Assembly (NCBI RefSeq): GCF_020740795.1
Contig: NC_067310.1
Span: forward strand, 365,940-429,939
Direction: 5' to 3'
Length of the DNA stretch: 64,000 nt
Source of the DNA: Apus apus
Lineage: Eukaryota
Positions within the stretch are counted from its first letter, which is position 1; the number at the start of each line of letters is the position of its first letter. Below the pieces are notes generated by a model. That model saw only the letters and a list, made by a program, of their open reading frames with translations. It did not search any database and was not told where the DNA came from. This document shows, one piece after another, positions 21,653 through 35,091 of the stretch. A program made the translations under genes and the position numbers.

Positions 21653-23624
21653 GCTGGCAAGTTGCTTCTCAGGGGAGACAGCTTCTCCAGAGTGTAAGAC
21701 ACACCACCCCGTGGCCCCTTGGATACCCCTGGGCAGCCCATGGTGACATCATGGTGACATGGAAACTGCTGATTGGCTGCTTATGGTGTCATGGCAACCA
21801 CTGACCTGCTGCCCTGGGTGATGGAGCTGCCACCAGCTCCGTCCGTCCTCGGGATGGAGCCCCTCCTGCCCAGGGGCAAGGACAGCTTCAACCAGATGAG
21901 GTTGCTCCAAGCTGCTGGAGCAGCCTGACCTGGAACACGTCCAGTTATGGACTCACAGAATTACGTGGGCTGGAGGAGACCTTTGAAGGTCCATGGGCGG
22001 GGGCATGTTGATGGGAGAGCATGGGGATATGGGGGGGTGCCCATGCATTATGGAAATAAACACGCACCTTGGTCAGCAGAGGGCTGAAAGGAGAGGGGAC
22101 CATGTGATGGCCCTCAGCATGATCTGCTCCAGAACTTCCCCAGCACAGAGGTCAGGCCGATAGGCCTGCAAGTCCCTGGATCCTCCTTATGGCTCTTCTT
22201 GTAGCTGGGGTCACATTGACCAGTCTCCAGTCTACTGGCACCTCCCTAGTCAGCCAGAACTGCTGGAAAGTGATGGAAAGGAGCTTGGGGAGCACTTCTG
22301 CCAGCTCTCTCAGACCCCTCGGCTGGATCCCATCCGGCCCCATGGACCTGTGGACATCCAAGTGGTGCAGCAGGTCACTGCCTGTCCCCTCTTGGATGAT
22401 GAGGTTTCAAACTGCTCTGTGTCCCTGTCTGCCAGTTCAGGGGCCTGTGCACCCAGCAAGGAACTGGTCCTACCACTAAAGACTGAGGCAAAGGTGCCGT
22501 TGATACCTCAGCCTTCTCCTCACCCCTCATCACTGTGTTTCCTGCTGCATCTGAAAAAGGGTGGACATTCTTCCTAGTCCTCTTTTTGCTGCTCATGTAT
22601 CTGTAGAAGCATTTCTTGTGATCGTGGACAGCTGCATGAAACAGAGCATTACCCAAACTCTGACTTCAAACAGTTCACTGCTTGTAGGGTGTAAATCTCT
22701 CATCTGGGCCTACTGCTAGTGAGTGTGAAAGCCTTTTGTGTGAGCTGGTCTGGAGTTTTAGGGAAGAAATACAAGGGTCCTTGAAGAAGAAAGAAGCCGT
22801 TCAGCTGAGACTAGGGATGCCTCCTGTAACCAGTTCTGCTGCAGAGTCAGCCGAGAGAAATGGGAGAAGAGACAGAACTCGGCCAAAGGTTCCTGTGAGG
22901 AAGACTCAAGGATGAAGTAAACAACCCCCTGGTCAGAGGGGTGTGCCCACACAATATGGAAAGAAACAGGCAAGGGAAAATGGGGAGGATGGGGACAGGA
23001 GGGGAACGGGGAGCTGGTATTTCTGCAAGGGGATATTGGGATGTTCAGGGGGAGGATGGATCTCCAAGGGCTCCAGGACATGAGGGGAAGAGGGCCAGGG
23101 CCATGTCCAGGAGGGGATGATGGGCAAACGAGCTGCTCATGGGAGATGGGGGTGAGGCTGGTTCAAGGGGGGGCAGAGGAGCAGGTCTGTGTGCCAGGGC
23201 AGTGCAAGGGACATGGGTGCAACAAGAGCTGAACAGTGTCTGCAAGAGGGGACTGTGGATCCAGGACCTTCAGAAATCATACAGGGCCATCTCCAACTTC
23301 TCGGGGCCATCGACAGCCTCTCTGGGCCATCCTCAGCCTCTCTGCACAAGCTGCTTCAGTATCTCACCACCCTTCCACACGAGCTGATGTCATGCTGGGC
23401 AATAATAAAGTGGGATCAAAGAAGGGGTTGGGGAATGTGTCCCAAGGCAGGTGTCACTCTCCAACTGGCTGGGCAGCTGGGTGGGAGCTGCTGAGGCTTT
23501 GCTTTTGCAGCTCTTGTTTTTCATTCTCATACCTTCAGTTATTTAACCATCTTTGTCTGGTCTGCTCCGAGTTTTCGTGCTCTGATGCTGAGGCGCCTGA
23601 GGCGTTTCCTCTCCCATCCTTATC

Positions 23625-23663
23625 CCTTTCACTTTCGCTCTGACTCACCCTCATTTCCGGGAA
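23625..23663 (+). promoter_or_regulatory. Orphan duplicate ISRE plus GAS module, 1.2 kb upstream of the copy-2 module
   Basis: cctttcactttcgctc…ttccgggaa inside a partial tandem duplicate of the promoter block, followed by a CR1 fragment rather than a gene. Confidence 0.45.
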
Positions 23664-23839
23664 TAGGAGGAGAGGGGCTGGCTCCTCTGACACGGGACAA
23701 AAGGCAGGGCAGGAGCCGGCTGCACAGAGCTGTTGCAGCCCAGGGAAGGTGACAAAGACAGCGGTGAGTCCCATTCCCTGACCCCAGAAAGGGACCCCGG
23801 GAAGGGACCCCGGGAAGGGACAGGGACCCCAGCGAGGAA

Positions 23840-24140
23840 GAAGGAACACTCATCCAAGCCACAAGCAGCCAGTTTCTCCAGGAGAATGATGTGGGAAAGA
23901 GAGTCAAAGGCCTTCCTAAAGTCCAGGGAAATGACAGGCACAGCCTTTCGTGCATTCACGAGACAGGTCACGTTGTCATAGAAGGAGGGCAAGCTGGTCC
24001 AGCAGGACATTCCTTTCATGAACCCATGCTGGCTGGGCCTGATCACCTGCTTGTCCTACCCGTGCTGTGTGATGGCCCTCAGGATAATCTTCTCCAGAAA
24101 TTCCCCAGCACAGAGGTCAGGCTGATAGGCCTGCAAGTCC
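23840..24140 (-). mobile_element. CR1 RT fragment at the tandem-duplication junction
   Basis: …IRPSQHGFMKGMSCWTSLPSFYDNVTCLVNARKAVPVISLDFRKAFDSLSHIILLEKL…. Confidence 0.65.
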
Positions 24141-24835
24141 CCGAATTCTCCTTCCATGCATTATGGAAAGAAACAGGCAAGGGAAAATGGGGAGGATGGG
24201 GACAGGAGGGGAACAGGGAGCTGGTATTTCTGCAAGGGGATATTGGGATGTCCAGGGGGAAGGATGGATCCCCAAGGGCTCCAGGACATGAGGGGAAGAG
24301 GGCCGGGGCCATGTCCAGGAGGGGATGATGGGCAAACGAGCTGCTCATGGGAGATGGGGGTGAGGCTGGTTCAGCGGGGGGGCAGAGGAGCAGGTCTGTG
24401 TGCCAGGACAGTGCAAGGGACATGGGTGCAACAAGAGCTGAACAGTGTCTGCAAGAGGGGACTGTGGATCCAGGACCTTCAGAAATCATACAGGGCCATC
24501 TCCAACTTCTCGGGGCCATCGACAGCCTCTCTGGGCCATCCTCAGCCTCTCTGCACAAGCTGCTTCAGTATCTCACCACCCTTCCACACGAGCTGATGTC
24601 ATGCTGGGCAATAATAAAGTGGGATCAAAGAAGGGGTTGGGGAATGTGTCCCAAGGCAGGTGTCACTCTCCAACTGGCTGGGCAGCTGGGTGGGAGCTGC
24701 TGAGGCTTTGCTTTTGCAGCTCTTGTTTTTCATTCTCATACCTTCAGTTATTTAACCATCTTTGTCTGGTCTGCTCCGAGTTTTCGTGCTCTGATGCTGA
24801 GGCGCCTGAGGCGTTTCCTCTCCCATCCTTATCCC

Positions 24836-24872
24836 TTTCACTTTCGCTCTGACTCACCCTCATTTCCGGGAA
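24836..24872 (+). promoter_or_regulatory. ISRE plus GAS module upstream of GBP copy 2
   Basis: Identical module at an offset of +18566. Confidence 0.55.
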
Positions 24873-24895
24873 TAGGAGGAGAGGGGCTGGCTCCT

Positions 24896-24972
24896 CTGAC
24901 ACGGGACAAAAGGCAGGGCAGGAGCCGGCTGCACAGAGCTGTTGCAGCCCAGGGAAGGTGACAAAGACAGCG
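24896..24972 (+). other. Putative non-coding exon 1 of GBP copy 2
   Basis: Same as copy 1 at an offset of +18566. Confidence 0.35.
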
Positions 24973-26431
24973 GTGAGTCCCATTCCCTGACCCCAGAAAG
25001 GGACCCCGGGAAGGGACAGGGACCCCAGCGAGGAAGAGGGACCCCAGCGGGTGGCAGGAGGAGGGAGACTTCCAGAGGTCTGCTCAGGCTCTGGGATGGC
25101 AGAAGGGGAACGGGTGGCTGGGAGCCTGTCTTCAACCCCGCGTGGCTTTGCGTGCAAGTTGGGTCTCACCTAAGCTTGGACCTGATGCCCAACCTCTCGT
25201 CTCCCTCCTCCTGCGCTGGGAGCACCCGTGACATGAGGCACAGCCTCTTGTCCCCTGGTGCCATCCCCGAGATGCTCTGGAAGAGGGCAGGGCTGATGAG
25301 GCCCTGGAGAGGATGCAGAGCCCAGGAGTGGGCAGTGTCCGTGGAGCTCGCCATTGCTGGAGCGAGTCCCGGGCTGCCCGGGCGTTGCAGTGGGGCAGCT
25401 GCTGAGTGTGGGCATGGGATGAGCCCTTGTGCTGCCTGCACCTCCCTGGGGTTTGTGGGCAGCTGGTGGGGGCTGGGGGGTGGCTGGGGCTGGTCGTGGT
25501 TGAACAGCAGCCGGAAGCTCCTGTGCATCACAGGTCTGTCTTGGGTTTTGTTTCTCTCTCTCTGTCACCATTTTCCTTGTCGTCACATGTTCTTTATTAT
25601 TAAGATCATTGTTTTCTTATCCTTCAGTTATTACCTGTGGTCAACTCAACGCATGGGCTTTCTCCCTCCCCCCACCACTGCGGGGCAGGGACTGTGCAGC
25701 TGGGGGGCCTCGGTTTTCAGCTGGGGTTTCAGGCAGCACGACCCCCAGCCCAGGGGCTGGCGGGGGGAGTGAGGAGCAGACAAGGGCTGGGCGCAGGGTC
25801 AGCCCTGCTGAGGGTGATGGGACCACCAACCCCAACACCGTTTCCAGCACAAATCCATGTTACATGTTACACCAGCATGGGAGCTGGGCAAGGTCAGGCA
25901 GCGGGGGATGTCCCCGTGAGAGGCACAGAGGGGGACGGGGGTTGGGTGGGGTTGGGCGGAAGAAAGGGAGGGAGAAATTCAGGAGCAGCTCCCCTGAGGT
26001 TCCGTGTCAGCCCGACCAACCCTTGGCCCGTGCTGCTGTGGCTCTCCAGTCCTTCTCCTGCCCTTCAGCCCTGCCTGAGGCCATTGCCCCATCCCACCCC
26101 CATATTTGCTCCGCAGACTTGGTGCTGGTGATGAGCAGGACGTGGGGCAGAGGTTTCCCACTGTCCCGCAGGGCCTTCAGGAGCGGAGCCATTCCTGCGG
26201 TGGGACACACGGGATGGGCCGTGCCCCTTGGCCAAGTGTCATCAGTGTCTTCACCACAGGGCTTGGGAGGGGCCAAAGGAGGAGCCGTGGAGGCAGGACC
26301 TTGGTGACAATGTGGTCTGCTTGCAAAGATGCCCTAGGAGGATCCTGCCTGTCCCTGCCTGCACTGTGGGGTGTCCTCACCACGTGAACCCCTCTGGCCC
26401 TCTCCTCTGCAGGCCGCCTTTCCCGTCAGCA

Positions 26432-26612
26432 ATGGCATCCACAGTCCACATGCCAGCGCCTGTCTGCCTCATTGAGAACAGCCCGACAAAGGGGCTGATG
26501 GTCCAGAGGGAGGCCCTGCAGCTGCTGTCCAAGGTCAGCCAGCCTGTGGTGGTGGTGGCCATCACAGGGCCGTACCGCACGGGCAAGTCCTACCTCATGA
26601 ACAGGCTGGCTG
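26432..26612 (+). CDS. GBP: GBP copy 2 exon 2 (ATG exon)
   Basis: ATG at 26432, donor gtgaga at 26613; identical to the copy 1 exon. Confidence 0.85.
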
Positions 26613-29600
26613 GTGAGAGAAGAGGTGAGGGAGGTCCCTGCCCTGGACGGCCAAGGAACCTGGCTTCTCCTACTCGTCATCTGACACAGATGGGAGCCTT
26701 GTTTCCTCCCCACAGGCTTCTCCTTGGGCTCCAGCGTGCAGTCCCAGACCAAAGGTATCTGGATGTGGTGTGTACGTCACCCCCGCCGGCCTGGACACAC
26801 TCTGGTGCTGCTGGACAGTGAAGGGCTGAGTGACGCAAAGAAGGTGTGTGAGAGGCAGGGTCTGCCTTTGTGGCTTCCCAGCACCTGGAGGAAGCTCTTG
26901 GGGGCCCAGCCATGGTGCCCAGAGTCAAGGCGTTCCCACTGCTCACGGTGGCCTTCAGCCGGTGTGCTGGGATGGGCCAGAGGCCACAAGGAAGGAGGTT
27001 GGGGGAGGCACGTTTCCAAATCCCTCTGCATTTCTGGAAAAGAGCAGTTGCACAGGAAGGAGGGGCTCAGGGAGCACTTGGGTAGACCCCGAGACTTCAG
27101 AGTTGAGGACAAGCCCAGCTACAGACAAGGCATGGTGATGGCATGGGGGTGCGTGTTGCCATGGCCCGTTGTGTAGGGGCATTCAGGCTCTGGGCATCTG
27201 GGGCTCTGCTCATACCTGGGGGACCTTGTTGATCAGAGCCAAGGGTTGTTGTTCCAGAGTGACACCAAGAACGACACGTGGATCTTTGTGCTGACCGTGC
27301 TGCTCTCCAGCACCATGATCTACAACAGCAAAGGCACCATTGACCAGAACGCCATGGACCAGCTGCAGTATCCTTGGTGGGACAGGAGCACCAGGGATGC
27401 CCTCCTCTCCCTGCGTGGTGGGCTAGGGCTTGGCAAATGCCAGTTCCTCAGAGGGCTGCAGAACCTTCTGCTGGTGCCCAGGGATGTGCTTGGAGACCTT
27501 AGGAGCCCCATGCTGTGGGCCTGAGGGCCGAGGGGTTTTCTCCCTCCTCCTTCTGGTGGGTCCAGGCTGTTCGGCGTCCCCGCCGAGTCTCCCCTCCTCC
27601 CTGTGACGTGCTGAGGGTTGCAGGATGGCAATGCCCCTGCATTCAGAGCTGAGGTCCCTGTTTCCTTAGCCAGCTCCCCAGCTACGTGACAAAGCTGACT
27701 GAGCGCATCAAGTTGAAAGCAGCACCCAAGAAGAGTGAAGATGAGCTGGATGATTCCCACACATTTGTCAGCTTCTTCCCGACTTTTGTCTGGGCTGTCC
27801 GGGATTTCACACTGCAGCTGCAGGTGGATGGGGAGGAAATCTCTGAGGATGGATACTTGGAGGACATTCTGAAGCTCAAGGCTGGTAAGGGGGTGGTGCT
27901 GTGCTGCTGGAGACATCCAGCCCCAGACTCAGCAGCCACATTTCAGGATAATTCAACAGCATTCCAAGCCTGTGAACCTGCTCCGTGTCCTCCTACCCCC
28001 CAGGCAGCAGCCCCGAGACCCAGCTCTACAACCATCCCCGGGAATGCATCCGCCAGTTCTTTCCGGAACGCAAGTGCTTTGTTTTTGACCAACCAGCTGG
28101 GAGGAGGAAACTGCCCCTCTTGGAGGAACTTCCGGATGATGAGCTGGATCCTGATTTCCAGCAGCAGGTAGAGAAGTTCTGCAGCTACATCTGGGAGAAG
28201 TCTCCGCCTAAGACCGTCCCAGGTGGCCACATCGTAACTGGGAACCGTGAGTACTGCTGCCCAAGGGGTGGGTGGCCAGCGGCTCTTGGGACTGTGTCTG
28301 GGGGAGGATCAAGTGCCAAGGGTGCGGGTGGGGAAAGGGAGAGATGTTTTCCTGCCTGCTGTCCCTGCCCCGGGGTTTGGAGCTTTGGGACGTTGCAGGT
28401 GTGGTGGGAAAGAGTTAGGAAAAGCAGTTCAGGAGGCCTGGGGCAGGGAGGCAGCGTGGGTACAGCAGGAGACAGGGCTGGGTGGGTGCCTGCGTTTGTC
28501 GGGGCTGCAGATCTCTCGCCCTGGGTCTTCCTTGGCAGTGCTGGGGAAACTGGCAGAGACCTACCTGGAGGTCATCCGGAGCGGGGCAGTGCCATGCCTG
28601 GAGAGCGCGGTGTTTGTCCTGGCCAAGGCTGAGAACGCGGCGGCGGTGGAGGAGGCTGTGAGGTTGTACCAGGAGCTGATGGAGCAGCGGGCGAAGCTGC
28701 CAACGGAGACTCTTGAGCAGCTGCTGGAGCTGCATGCCCAGTGTGAGCGGGAGGCCCTGGAGCTGTTCATGGCACGGGCATTCAAGGAGGACATCGAGCA
28801 CGCCCAGATCGAGCTCGCGGTAGGTGGTGCCCAGCCCAGCCAGAATTCCCCCAGGGACACCGTCATCCCCTTGGCTTTGGGAACATGGCATGGTCCTGGG
28901 CAGGGGGCTCTCCCTGCCTCCTGCCAGAGGACACGGCCATGCCCTCTCCAGAGGAGGCTCGGCCCCAGCGCCTGCCCTGGCTGTCTGGCAGCCGTCCCTG
29001 CTGTGCCCCCTCTTCTCCCAGGGTCAGCAGCTGTGCTGCCAGGGGACGGAGCTCAGCCCTGGCCCCTCTCCTGCGGCAGCCCCGCTGCAGCTCTGCCCCG
29101 CCTGGAAGCTGCAGCCTTCCATGCTCCCCCTGTCCTGCCTGCTAATGCTGTCCCTGGGTGCTGTGAAGCCTGTGGTCCCTGGCCTGTCCCCTGCTCCTGG
29201 GCACCTTTGGCCAGAGATGTCCGTGGGCGTGCAATGCCCTCCCCATCTGTCCCCTCCCAGCTGTTCACCCCACGGACGGGAGATCCCAATTCCCACGTCC
29301 TCCTGGCTCGATGTGTGCCCTGCCTGAGCGCGGTGGGTGCAGCTCAGCCAGGGCTGGTGTCTTCCCTCTGCCCCTGCACGCACAGCGCCGGGTCGAGGCC
29401 ATCAAGGTGAAGTTCTCCATGGACAACGAGCAGGCATCCCAGGACAAGTGTGAGGCTGCTCTCACGGACCTCTCCCAAGCCCTGGACAAACGAGTCCGTG
29501 ATGGTGTCTACAGCGTGTCAGGGGGTTACGAGCAGTTCAGAGGAGACCAGCAGGCAGTGGTGGAGAAGTACAGGGATCTGCCTGGCAAGGGAGTGAAGGT

Positions 29601-30491
29601 AGGACCAAGAGCAGCTCTCCTTCAAGAGCAAAAGGCTCAATGTCCCATCCCCTTCCCCAAGACGCCGTTCTCCCCAGCTGCTGCTTCCCCTCTTGACTCC
29701 TCTTCTCCCTGGGCTCCTACAGGCTGATGCTGTCCTGCTGCAGTTCCTCCAAAGGACACAGACTCTGGCCCAACACATCCGCAACACAGACCGCTCCCTG
29801 ACAGAGAAGGACAAGGAGATGAAAAGTAACTTCTGGGCTGGAGAAATGACGCTGCCTGTAGAGGGCCAAGCACAATGGAGAGGGACAGCAGTACTCCTCG
29901 GGGGCTTGCGGGCTCAGCTCCTGCCCTGGCAACACCTCTGTTTCTCTGTCACCAGGTGCACAAGAGCAGAATGAGAGAGCTGAGCAGGAGAGGGAAGTCC
30001 AGAGGAAGAAGGAGGCTGAAGAGAAGCAGAAGTTGCAGGACCAGCTACGCAAAACCAACGAGCATGAGCGTCAGCTGAGAAAGAAGCTGGAGGATTCCTA
30101 CAAGAAGCAGCTGGAGGAGCAGGAGAAGATAATCAGACATAAATTAGAGGTACCGGTGGGGGAGGGAGGGAAGTGAAGGTGCCAAGGGGTGGCCAGCAGG
30201 CAGGAATGGCACAGGGGTCCCAGCAGGGTCCCTCTTGTTGCTTCTTTGCTCTGTGCCCCTCTCACGACACGCACTGTGCCCTTGGTGACAACCTGCCTGT
30301 CTTCCCAGGAGGAGAGAGCACTGAGACAAGAGGGCTTCTTTGACAGAGCTGACCACATGAGCCAGGTGACCCGTAGGCTGGAGGAGGAAAAAGGCAGCAT
30401 CACTCATAATTTATTGTCTGTGGTTGAAACATTTGTACCCCTGGCGAGAGCTGTGAGAAGGGCCATATCTGCCTTTTCGAAACGCTTTTGA
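26432..30491 (+). CDS. GBP: GBP paralog copy 2 (intact, 10 coding exons, 612 aa)
   Basis: Direct repeat of copy 1 at an offset of +18566, all splice sites checked in sequence. Exons 2-10 are nearly identical to copy 1; the terminal exon is diverged (…[60 protein letters not shown]). Exons: 26432-26612, 26716-26843, 27258-27367, 27682-27884, 28004-28246, 28539-28819, 29386-29598, 29723-29825, 29956-30149, 30309-30491. Confidence 0.88.
26716..26843 (+). CDS. GBP: GBP copy 2 exon 3
   Basis: Acceptor cacag at 26714-26715, donor gtgtgt at 26844. Confidence 0.85.
27258..27367 (+). CDS. GBP: GBP copy 2 exon 4
   Basis: Acceptor ttccag, donor gtatcc at 27368. Confidence 0.8.
27682..27884 (+). CDS. 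GBP: GBP copy 2 exon 5
   Basis: …[25 protein letters not shown]…, donor gtaagg at 27885; same acceptor ambiguity as copy 1. Confidence 0.7.
28004..28246 (+). CDS. GBP: GBP copy 2 exon 6
   Basis: Acceptor ccccag, donor gtgagt at 28247. Confidence 0.85.
28539..28819 (+). CDS. GBP: GBP copy 2 exon 7
   Basis: Acceptor ttggcag, donor gtaggt at 28820. Confidence 0.85.
29386..29598 (+). CDS. GBP: GBP copy 2 exon 8
   Basis: Acceptor cacag, donor gtagga at 29599. Confidence 0.85.
29723..29825 (+). CDS. GBP: GBP copy 2 exon 9
   Basis: Acceptor ctacag, donor gtaact at 29826. Confidence 0.8.
29956..30149 (+). CDS. GBP: GBP copy 2 exon 10
   Basis: Identical in sequence to copy 1 exon 10; donor gtaccg at 30150. 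Confidence 0.85.
30309..30491 (+). CDS. GBP: GBP copy 2 terminal exon (diverged C-terminus ...SAFSKRF*)
   Basis: Acceptor cttcccag at 30307-30308, stop tga at 30489-30491. Confidence 0.8.
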   Translation, partial: EERALRQEGFFDRADHMSQVTRRLEEEKGSITHNLLSVVETFVPLARAVRRAISAFSKRF

Positions 30492-33122
30492 AGATTTCCT
30501 TATGGCCCCAGGGGTAACACAGTGAGAGAGCTTTTTGCTTTCCCTACCTGCCATCCTGTGACATTTCAAAAGCACTGCAAGGTGCTTGCCAGAGAGTATG
30601 CAACTAACCTCCACCTGCACTTGGACCACACTCTCTAGTGCATTCACACAGGGCTTCTCCAGATGAAGATGTTGTCCTCTTCCGTGCCAGAGCACTTGGT
30701 GTCTCCCTTGCCCTGAAGGCGTGGGGCACATCTCAAGCCAGGCTGGCCTGGGGCACAGAAAGGCCATGATGCCAGCAGGCCGGGCTGGGAGTGTTTTGCC
30801 AATGTGCCAAAGGGGATCCCACTCACCTTTTCTGGAGACCTCCTTACCAGGGCTGCCTGAAACCCCCAGGCGAGCTTTGAGCTCATGTCCTCGGCTCACA
30901 CTTCCCGCAGCAGCGTGAAGGAGGTGGAGGTGGTGAGCAAACCAGGGGTCCACGTGCTGAGCACTGTCTTCCCAGGTCACCTTCACGCCTGATGGAGCCT
31001 GCCTGTCCTGGAGGTGGCTGCACACCCGCCTGCCGATGGGAAGTGGGGAATTCAGCCCTTGTTCTGTTTTCTTTGCACACGCAGCTGTTGCTTTGCCTAC
31101 TAAACTGCCCTTCCCTCAACCCCTGAGTTGCCTCCTTTCTTTTGCCCTGCCCATTCTCTCCTCCACCCCACCAGTGGTGTGGGGCTCAGCTGTCGAATGG
31201 GGGTCACCCATAGAGAACGGGGCTTCCCTCCTGCCCCCGGGGAATCAGACCTCCAGCTGCACCAGGAGAATCACAGTATCCTCCTGGTTGGAAAGACCGC
31301 TAAGATCATCTGGTCCAGTTGTCCACCAGGGGCCAGATAAGGAGTGGAAGGAACAACACATCCCACCCAAGTGAACAACAACAAAGCCCACAACCACTCA
31401 CCCCACAAACCACAGAAACCACACCATGCCCTCTCTAGCATGCCCTGAAGTGCCACATCAACATGTTTCTCAAATGCCTCCAGGGATGGTGACTCCACCA
31501 CCTCCCTGGGCAGACCCTTCCAGTGCCTGACCAGTCTTTGGGTAAAGAGATGCTTCCAGATAGCCAGTCAGAACCTCCCCTGGGGCAACTTCAGGCCGCT
31601 TCCTCTGCTCCTGTTGGTGTTCATTTGAAGAAGCAGGGACCCCAACTGTTCCAGTGAGGGAAGGTGTAAAAGATGTAGAGGTTTCTGAGTTCCCTATAGG
31701 CAGAGGGGCTGGTCCCAAGGCAGTTGCCCCAGAGGCACCAGCCCCTGGAAGGCCCTTCCTGCTGTGTGGACACTCCATCCCTGCAGGGGAGGTCCATGGA
31801 GCACAGCGCTGCTCACCCAGGAAGGTCCTGGGGAGCCTGCTGAGGACACAGCCCTGGCTCAGTTCCTCCACCTGCTCTTGTGCTGGTGCAGATTTCCCTC
31901 TCAGCCCTCCCAACTGGGAGAGCCTGTATCCCTGCAAGACTCCAGCCCTGGGACCCATCCCACCACGTCTCTGCGATCCCAGCCGCATCGTAGCCCTGCA
32001 GCAGCTCACAGGACTCTCGCTCCTCACGGTTATTCCCCTACCCTGTGCACTAATGCACAGACCCTTGGGAGAGGCACCCCAGCTCCTGGAGCTCCTGGAG
32101 AGGGTTATGGGCCTTTGCCATCATGGTCCCATGTTGACACTTTTCTGCTTACACACGAGTGTTGGAGGTGACCTGCTTAAGGTGTGGTTGGTCGGTTTTG
32201 TGATGCCACCCCGTCACATCAGCCCAGGGCCTGTGCTCATTGCCCCTGCCTCACTCCCTCAAATGGCTGCTGGATACTCTCTCCCTCTCATCCCTAGATT
32301 CCCTTGCCCCTTGGTGAGGTGGATCCCGTCTCTCCCTGGTAGACCCTGATCTGCACGCAGGGTCCTGTTGTAGAGCCCCAAACCCCGCTGCCAGCACCAG
32401 GTCCTCAGCTGCTGAGCTGCATTAGCAGTGCTCTCCGGCTCCCACCCTTGCCCTTTAGGACCAGCAGACATTCCCTCCAAGCCCTGGACACCTGGGATGT
32501 GGTGACAGGTGAGTTGCCGTCAGGCCTTGTCCCTGCCATGAGTGGGCACCAACAGGTGTCCCCAAGGCAGCGAAGGGGAGCTGATCCACTGACCTGTCCT
32601 CCCAGTAAGAGACGTCCTGCTACGAGGCAGCAGCAAGAGGGACGGGACCCACTTCCACGCCACCCGTGATCTCTCTTGCATGACCATTATAAAGAGAACA
32701 TGAGAACCTGGGACAAGAAACCCACTGCTGTTCTCCACGTACACATACATGAGCTGCTAGGCGGAACAATTACAGGAGAAGGTCCTTCCAGGAAGAGGGC
32801 TGCTCCAGTCTCCAGCAACCAGTCCTCCAACCAGAATGGACGGACTCTAGATCTCAGTGCTTCAACCTCAAATGCTCAACATGAGAGGCGCCCTGCCTCT
32901 AGCCAGGAGGAGGAAAGAGACAATTGAGTTTACTGGACTGTGCGGATTCGGTGGCCTGGCACATTAGAACCACAAAAGTATAAAGCCCTGGTGGACACTG
33001 GTGCGCAGTTCACCCTAATGCCAGAGGCTGACAGTGGACTATCATGTCCTGAATGAGGTGACACCACCGCTCAGTGCTGCTGTGCCAGACATGCCAGAGT
33101 TTCAGTACGAGCTGGAGTTGAA

Positions 33123-35091
33123 AGCAATCAGGCAAGGAAGGCAAGAGACCAGCATGGCTCAGTCAAGACCTTCTGGCCAAACTAAAGACAAGATGGAACT
33201 GCAGAGGCACTGGAGGAGGGGACAGGTATTCTGGGAAGAGTATAGGGACACTGCCTGGCTTTGTAGGGATGAGGTCAGGGAGGCCAAGGCACAGCTGGAG
33301 CTGGACTTGGCAAGGGATGTGAAGAAAAACAAGAAGGGCTTCTACAGGTACATAAAGCAGCAAAGGAAGTTTAAAGAAAGTGTCCCGTCCCGATGGGCAG
33401 CAATGCTGATCTAGGAACAACAGACAAGAATGCTGAGGTTATCAGCAACTTTTTTGCTTCAGTTTTCACTGGCAACCCCTCTCCTCATGCCTCTCAAGTT
33501 GATGGCCCACAGGACGGAGACCAGGGAGACAAAGTTCCTCCCACCGTAAGTGAAGACAAGGTTCATGACCAGCTGAGGAACCTGGACATACACAAGTCCA
33601 TGGGACCTGATGAGATGCCTCCCAGAGTCCTGAAGGAATTGGCTGATGCAGTTGACAAGCCACTCTCCGTGATATCTGAAAAGTCCTGGCAGTCAGGTGA
33701 AGTCCCTGGTGACTGGAAAAAGGGAAACATTACGCCCATTTTAAAAAGGGTAGAAAGGAGGACTCTGGGAACTAGGGACTTGTCAGCCTCACCTCTGTGC
33801 CTGGGAAGAATCATGGAACAGATCCTCCTAGAAGACACGCTAAGGCACATGGAGAATGGGGAGGTGATTCAGGACAGCCAGCATGGCTTTACTAGGGACA
33901 AATCCTGCCTGACCAACCTAGTGGCTTTCTACAATTGAGTGATTGCACCAGTGGACAAGGGAAGACTTACAGATGTCATCTATCTGGACTTCTGCAAGGC
34001 CTTTGACACGGACCCCCACAACATCCTTCTCTCTAAGTTGAGGAGACACGGGTTTGAGGGGCGGACATTTCAGTGGATAAGGAACTGGCTGGATGGTCAC
34101 ATCCAGAGGGCAGTGCTCAATGGCTCGATGTCTAGATGGAAAGTGGTGACAAGTGGTGTTCTTCAGGGGTCCATACTGGGACCACTGCTGTTTAATATGT
34201 TCATTAACAATATTGACAGTGGCATTGAGAGCAACCTCAGGCAGTCTGCTGATGGCATCAGGCTGGGTGGTGCAGTTGACATGCCAGAGGGACCTGGACA
34301 AGCTGGAGAAGTGGACCCAAGTGAACCTCCTGAGGTTCAACAACGCCAAGTGCACCCTGCACCTCAGCCAGGGCAACCACAGATACCAATACAGGCTGGG
34401 GGACAACATGCTAGTGAGCAGCCCTGTGGAAGACCAGGGGGTACTAGTGGATCCAAAGCTGGACATGAGCCACCAATGTGCAATTGCAGCCCAGAAGGCC
34501 AACCACATCAAAAGAAGCATGGCCAGCAGCTCGAGAGGTGATTCTGCCCCTCTACTCTGCTCTGGGGAGACCTCACCTGGAGTGCTGGCTCCATCTCTGG
34601 AGCCCTCAACACAGGAAGGATGTGGACCTGTTGGAGCATGTCCAGAGGAAGGCAAAGAAAATGATTCAAGGGCTGGAGCACCTCTCTTAGGAAGACAGGC
34701 TGAGGGAGCTGGGGTTGTTCAGCCTGGAGAAGAGAAGACTCTGGGGAGACCATATATATAGTGATCTTCCAGTACCTGAAAGGGGCCTATAAGAAGGCTG
34801 GGGAAGAGCTGTTCACAGGGCATGTAACTATAGGACAAGGGGTGATGCTTTCCAACTAAAGAGGCTAGATTTAGGTTGGACATTAGGAAAAAGTTCTTTA
34901 GTATGAGGGTGGTGGATCATTAGTTGCCTAGAGAGGGGGTGGGGACCCCACACCTGGAGACATTCAAGATCAGGCTTGATGGGGCTCTGAGTAATCTGTT
35001 CCAGTGTGAGATGTCCCTGCTTATTGTAGGGGGGTTGGACCAGATAACCTTTAGAGGTCCTTTCCAACCCAAGACATTATATGATTCGACA
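33123..35091 (+). mobile_element. CR1 LINE (copy in repeat unit 2)
   Basis: Offset +18723 from 14400-16368. Confidence 0.8.

Larger units (their letters stand above)
24140..35091 (+). repeat. Palindrome left arm (contains GBP copy 2)
   Basis: Reverse complement of 44082-55000 with coordinate sum 79146/79145. Identity is very high, including introns. Confidence 0.85.
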
